A stretch of DNA of 64,000 nucleotides from Macrostomum lignano (Eukaryota): NCBI GenBank assembly GCA_002269645.1, contig NIVC01000691.1, positions 412,614-476,613 of the forward strand, read 5' to 3'. Position 1 is the first letter of the stretch. The number at the start of each line of letters is the position of its first letter. The translations under genes and the position numbers were made by a program. Below, piece after piece: positions 58,809-64,000 of this stretch. Below the pieces are notes generated by a model that had not been told where the DNA came from, made no database searches, and saw nothing but the letters and a program-made list of their open reading frames with translations.

Positions 58809-59980
58809 CTAGACAGAGCTACTGTCAGCCCGACTGCCAGGGGTTTCGCTGTGAGCAGCCGGCGCAGCGGACACCATCCGCAGGCTGGAATCGTCGACAG
58901 TTTCCTTCATCGGCTCCCGGGCCGCCCTACTGATCGACCATCTGGCGCCGGCGCCGTCTGTTTTAGTCCGCTCGCTCGCTCTAGGAATTTTTCGGGCGAG
59001 CCAGCGAAACATCAGCTTCAGATCCTGCTTGAACACCGGCGAGGTGAAGCTGAAGATGAAGAAGTGCGTGAGGTGGTTCAGCTCCTCCAGCATCTTCCAG
59101 GTGAACTCGAGGTGAACGCAGGTCACGGGGTGCTTCTCAAAATTGCACCAATCGCTGGCGCGGATGTGCCAGACAACTATTGGAGCAGTGAAAAGAAGGT
59201 GGCACAGCGCCATGCAGAACACGGTAAAAAATATTTTGTATGAATTTCGTCTCTGGTTGTTTCCTGGAGCTGTTGAGCCACTCGCGCCGTTGCGGGACAG
59301 TCGGCGGCGTCTCCTGCCGAGCTGGATGACAATCACGGCGTTCAGACCCACAATAAGAACGAAAGGCAAGTACGAGTACGCTATGGAGTCCAGCGTGTGG
59401 AAGTAGGACGCCAGGTGCTGGAACTGTGGCCTAGCATCGCACTGCTCACCCGAGACATGGATTATAACCGGCAGATAGATAGTAGCACATGCACACACGA
59501 TGGCAACAGTTGCCAGGGATACCAGGCCGTTTCTGATCCGACAGATTAATTTCATGTCGAATGGCCGAATGACGCAAATAAGACGCTCGAAGCACATGAG
59601 ACAAATAATCCATACAGAAAATGTACTAAGCCAGGTGTGCAAGAACAGGGGAAGTTTGCAGCCGAGCACCTGGTAAAGATCAATGCAGGAGACAGTCATG
59701 AGCAGGTGGCGCAAACAGCTCTGGCTCAGCACGACGGTGTCCACTCCGCAGAGTCCAGTCAGGTAGAGCGACGTTGAGCCTGCGAGTCGCGGATTCGGCG
59801 AGACCAAATTACCATGGAGACAACATCCGCGGGCACGCCAACAAAGATGAAGACGATTGGGTAGACCAGAAGCAAGTAGCGAACGAGAAGGTCGGAGTCC
59901 TCGCCGTCGAACACTCCGTGCGTGCCGTTTATTGAACAGGCCGGCAGCAGCCAGGTTGGGCGTTCTGGCTGCGGCTGCAT
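58809..59980 (-). CDS. Rhodopsin-family (class A) peptide GPCR, single exon, ~390 aa after a 1-nt correction at ~59789
   Basis: TM1 (YPIVFIFVGVPADVVS), TM2 (SLYLTGLCGVD), TM3 CKL...CFERLICV, ECL2 Cys, TM5 YLPF, TM6 FTAP, TM7 NHLTHFFIF. Confidence 0.85.
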
Positions 59981-61267
59981 ATGGTTCTAGAATCTAGATG
60001 GCGCTTCAGAGGACCCAGTAGCTGACGCTCGCAACCGCTGCTGGTCAACAAGCTGCTCTGCTCGTCCCCGACCTAAATATAGATGCTGCAGTCCCCTCCG
60101 CTAGCGCCGAGCGTCAGAGAGGCCATTGGCTGTTAGCGACTTCTGCCAGGCTGATGATGCAGATGGGAATGGGGGGTTTGGGAAGGCAGTGCACAGAGTG
60201 CCGGCCCGATGCAAATGAAGCAGAGCTATCTAGAAAATTCAGGCGCAGAGTGGGCTAGAGCCTAGAGGGTGCTTTACATGTACAACAAATATCATTGTAG
60301 CAATCGGGAAGGGAACGAATTGTGGGACGATGGAGCCAGTAAGTACCATAGGAAAAAATGCGAGCGAACTTTAATAACATATAAAATGCGCTTTTTGTAC
60401 CCAAAGAGTATCGCTTTTGACGATCTAAATGGGAATTTGGACAATCAAAACGGGACTCGGGCTGCTTGGGTACACAACCATAGAATGTGGAGTAGACAAT
60501 CAAAATGGTAAAAAGCCATTCAAAACGGGAATTCGCCCAATTTAATGAATTTTTTATTTTGTCAGGGCCCACACTGGAATATTTAAAAGTGAACAGTGTC
60601 CGTTACGGAAAGCAAAACAAAAGTAACTCAGAATTCCTTGAGCGTCAGGAAATGATTTTCAGAGTTTCTCAACCAAGAGAGTTTCTCAATCGGGCTTGCA
60701 CAGATCCATCTTTCGACAACCGCGAGGAAGGGATTCCACTCTTGTTGTTCTCTAGCAGTGAAAGTCCAGCTGTTTACGAACGTGGCACAGCTAGAGAATC
60801 ACCACTGTAGGAGCCATATAGAGTACGTCTAGACGCATAAACGCCCTGCCCCAGCAAGTTGCTGGCAATTGCATTTGTACATGCATCATTAAACGATCGA
60901 CCATGTGCCCTAAGAGATAGTGTGGCAAGTTCAAGCTTTCTCAATAATTTAGCTTTAGACTATAATGGACGCTCAATTCTGCAAAGAATGATTTATGAAA
61001 GGTACAGTGTAAAGTTATAGACATTGAAGTGTCCCCTGTTTGGGTCACCTGTTGTTAAACTCAACGAATGGCTCTTATCATCGACATCGTACGCTTCTCT
61101 ACCAAGCTAAATGCTACGAGTACAAGCCCATGTTATTGCGTTCATATTAAAATTCCAGAAACTGTTTAGTCCAAGCGCAATGATAATTCTTTATTCATAC
61201 CGAATTTGAATTCTTGCTTAAGCTACACTACATGTACGGGTATGCTTTTTGCAGAGCAGAGAAATTT

Positions 61268-61420
61268 CTGATGCTATTGGGGCGGTGAAATGTTTGATGC
61301 TGTTGTGGGCGGTGAAATGTTTGATGCTGTTGTGGGCGGTGAAATGTTTGATGCTGTTGTGGGCGGTGAAACGTTTGATGCTGTTGTGGGCGGTAAAATG
61401 TTTGATGTTATTGTGGGCGG
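61268..61420. repeat. 27-bp tandem repeat (~5-6 copies)
   Basis: GGGCGGTGAAATGTTTGATGCTGTTGT. Confidence 0.85.
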
Positions 61421-62844
61421 TGATAGCGATAAAGGATCGTGAGCAAATTTGGTAACTTTTGTAGCAGTAACTTTCGGATTTCCGGCACGCATTTATATGA
61501 AAAAATGTTTGATATTTTCCGGCTTCTCAGTGTTATTTTTTTATCAGAGGCTGTTTCCTTAGGCGCACCGAAGACATTGTCACACAAGCGGCGAGAGGCA
61601 TTACTGCGAACATTCCGCACTCCCCTGAGCAGGCATACAAGCGCGCGGATACGTACGCAGCCTTACGCACTGGAGTGCACAGAGGCTCTAACTTTATTTA
61701 TCGCTAGGCATGTACACTCCACTGTGCCTCGAGGCTTGGCTCTATCAGTGCTATCAGCGCAGAAAATATTTCTGCATCGTGGTAGCCGCCTAGTCAGTCA
61801 GGGTTTTACTCCAGCACTTGTACGACGTAAAGATAAGATTGAGTTCGTCACTTCTTGCTTCATAATTTATTCGCACCAAATCACAGCAGCCCGTGGTCTG
61901 TTCAATAACTACGATTGCAGCATCGGTGGCCACAACCGGCGTTGCTGCTGGCTGCTTCCAGAAAAAATTGCACAGTCCATGTAATCAGACACCCATTGTA
62001 GTGGGGCTCACGTGAAAGCCAGAAAGATAGTTCACAGTGCTGCCCTAGTGTTAGCAGAATTCTGAGATGGCCGACTCAGATTTCAAAGAAATAGCAGTAG
62101 CAATTAAAAGCTATAACGCTTACTGATGATGATTAGGGGAGGAAAACGTTTAGCAAACAGACATTGACGAATTATTTATTTTTGAACAAGTACTATATGT
62201 ACTACTATTATGAGGTGGTCAGTAACTAACTACTGAAATATTCTGAGTTATGCTTGCCCTAGCTTTGATTCGCCCTCAGAGTGCAACTAATGACCAAGAA
62301 CCGCTGACAACTAATGCCATCATATTATTGACACTAGAATTGCTGTCACAAGCCGGAGCAACGAACAATAATGCAAAATAGATATTTCATAGACAGGAAA
62401 GGCAGGGATTGAAGCCGCTAGCAGATGATTCTTTATTGAAAATCACAAAGGTGAAAACTGGATACCTAATGATTTAGGACTGCTTAAAATTTAAAATTAA
62501 CACGACAGGCGATACACCGAAAAACTGCTTCGCTTAAGGAACTCAATTTTGCTGATAGAAACTACTCGTAGGAATGAAGCAAAGCAGTTGTGTTATCTAC
62601 AATAAAGCTTTTGAAATACATTAAAAACTCAGAAGCAAGAAACTTTAACATTGAACAGTTAGTTTAATTCCTGTGTGCTGCTACTAATGCCTTTGAGCCC
62701 AGATGAGGCGACATAAACCCGCAAGCAGTGTTAACCAGTCCGTATATGCGAGTTAGCGAACAACTCTGACAGAAAGGAAACCAGCAACCCTTTCCCACCA
62801 AAAACAGGGCAAGTTCATAAGAATAAAGACCGACACACTTTGCT

Positions 62845-63703
62845 TTACATCTGCTGCGTAGAGTTGCCATTCCAGGTGGCGTTGTCATCGTCATCATCGC
62901 CGGCATCGTCCGAGCCCGCATTGCGAGCTCCGCCACTGTTGCTGCTGCGCGGCAGATTCCTCAGCCGGGCCGTGTTGCCCTCGCTTCAACAGTCGCGCTG
63001 CCGCCGCCGCCCGGCCTTCGCTGCCTGCGGCTTTCCGGCTGCTGCTGGTGGCGTCGGACTCGCAGCTGCAGCGCCACCGCCCGCCAAAAAGAGCGCCAAG
63101 AAAGCCAAGCGCAAAGCCAGCAGACGGCTAAGCAGAATAAAAGGAGTTGCAAGGACTGACGCCACGGCACCTCCGCTGCCGCTGGTGCCTCCGCTGCCCC
63201 TTTCGTCAACGGGTGGCAGAACGAGCAGACTGGCTGAGGGAGCCAGGTCCAGCTCGGCCAAAGTGCAGCCAGATTCAGACTGGCGGTTGAACACGCGCCG
63301 CGGATACACAGTGGCTAGGCGAAACTGCTGACCACGCAAGGAGCTGCTGGCAACCTCGGCAGCAGCGGAAACTGAGTCAAGCAGTTCGGCAAGGGTGGCG
63401 CTGGAAGGCAGCTCGCGCACGAACACTCTGCCATCGGGAAGCGCAGCTGCAGCCGAGCAGTTCGACGCCGCTCCAAATCGGCGGCGGCGGCCGCCTTCGC
63501 GTTCGGCAGCCTCTGCGCGGCCTCCGCAGCCTGGCGAGCGGCCTCAGCGGCTTGGCGCTGCTCGCGTAGGCGGCGCTCTGCGATTCGCGAAAGTCTCGCA
63601 GCGTGGCGTCCTGCTGACTGGACTGTTGCTCCTCCGGCTGCTGCGGCTGCTCCTGGCGGCTTTCTAGTTTTCTGCTGCTGCTCTTTGTACGAGCCATGCG
63701 TTC
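62845..63703 (-). CDS. UBXN4: UBXN4/erasin orthologue, last exon (UBX domain, hydrophobic hairpin, C-terminus), with apparent frameshifts
   Basis: ARLQLRFPDG...LATVYPRR...LAELDLAPSASLLVLP (UBX), hydrophobic segment, and terminal DDDNATWNGNSTQQM* matching the UBXN4 C-terminus. Splice acceptor TTTCAG at 63704. Confidence 0.85.
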
Positions 63704-64000
63704 CTGAAATAAGCCAAGGCTTTATTATCTAGTCTTTGTGTCATTGCGTGTGCCATGTGCACACAATTTTAGCTGTGGCATTCTGAATGTTATGCGAACA
63801 CCTAACTTCTTTTCAACCTGGATGTATTTAAAGGCTCATATTGCCTCAATCATTTTTTATTTGAAGTATTAATTTTTTAACTATTGGGATTTCAATACTT
63901 CAATCAATTGACCAATTCGAGTAATTCGAGGATATTTTATTTAATTTTGAGCTTTTTTGACTGATGCCAACTGGCATCCTGGTTTGTCAAATTGGCATCC

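Noticed and set aside
61439-61984. 181-aa ORF
   Set aside because: No recognisable domain or splice context; probably a chance ORF.

Overview
Repeat-rich eukaryotic (invertebrate) genomic DNA. The spliceosomal introns, TE repertoire and Ala/Gly-rich coding style suggest a flatworm such as Macrostomum, but that is inference only. I found no rRNA, tRNA or CRISPR array. There are three host genes: an SLC12A8-like transporter (2 exons, +), a rhodopsin-family peptide GPCR (-) and the last exon of a UBXN4/erasin orthologue (-). The rest is mostly mobile DNA and minisatellites: a deleted Ty3/Gypsy LTR element; a Harbinger-type MITE; three copies of a ~3 kb non-autonomous Helitron, two of them joined head-to-tail; Penelope-like remnants with hammerhead-like motifs; an intact 702-aa Chapaev/Transib-like (CMC) transposon and two foldback Mutator-like elements nested in one Helitron; and a cluster of Crypton tyrosine-recombinase sequences. 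The standout is a 9,457-bp Polinton/Maverick-like element (40764-50220) inserted into a dead mariner. It has a 6-bp TSD, apparently identical 892-bp TIRs and atypical ACTACT termini. It encodes a protein-primed PolB split by six spliceosomal introns (three inside catalytic motifs A, B and C), a PC4-like ssDNA-binding protein and one orphan gene, with no recognisable integrase, packaging ATPase, protease or capsid. Many ORFs carry single-base deletions, mostly in short homopolymers, which look like long-read consensus errors rather than true pseudogenisation.
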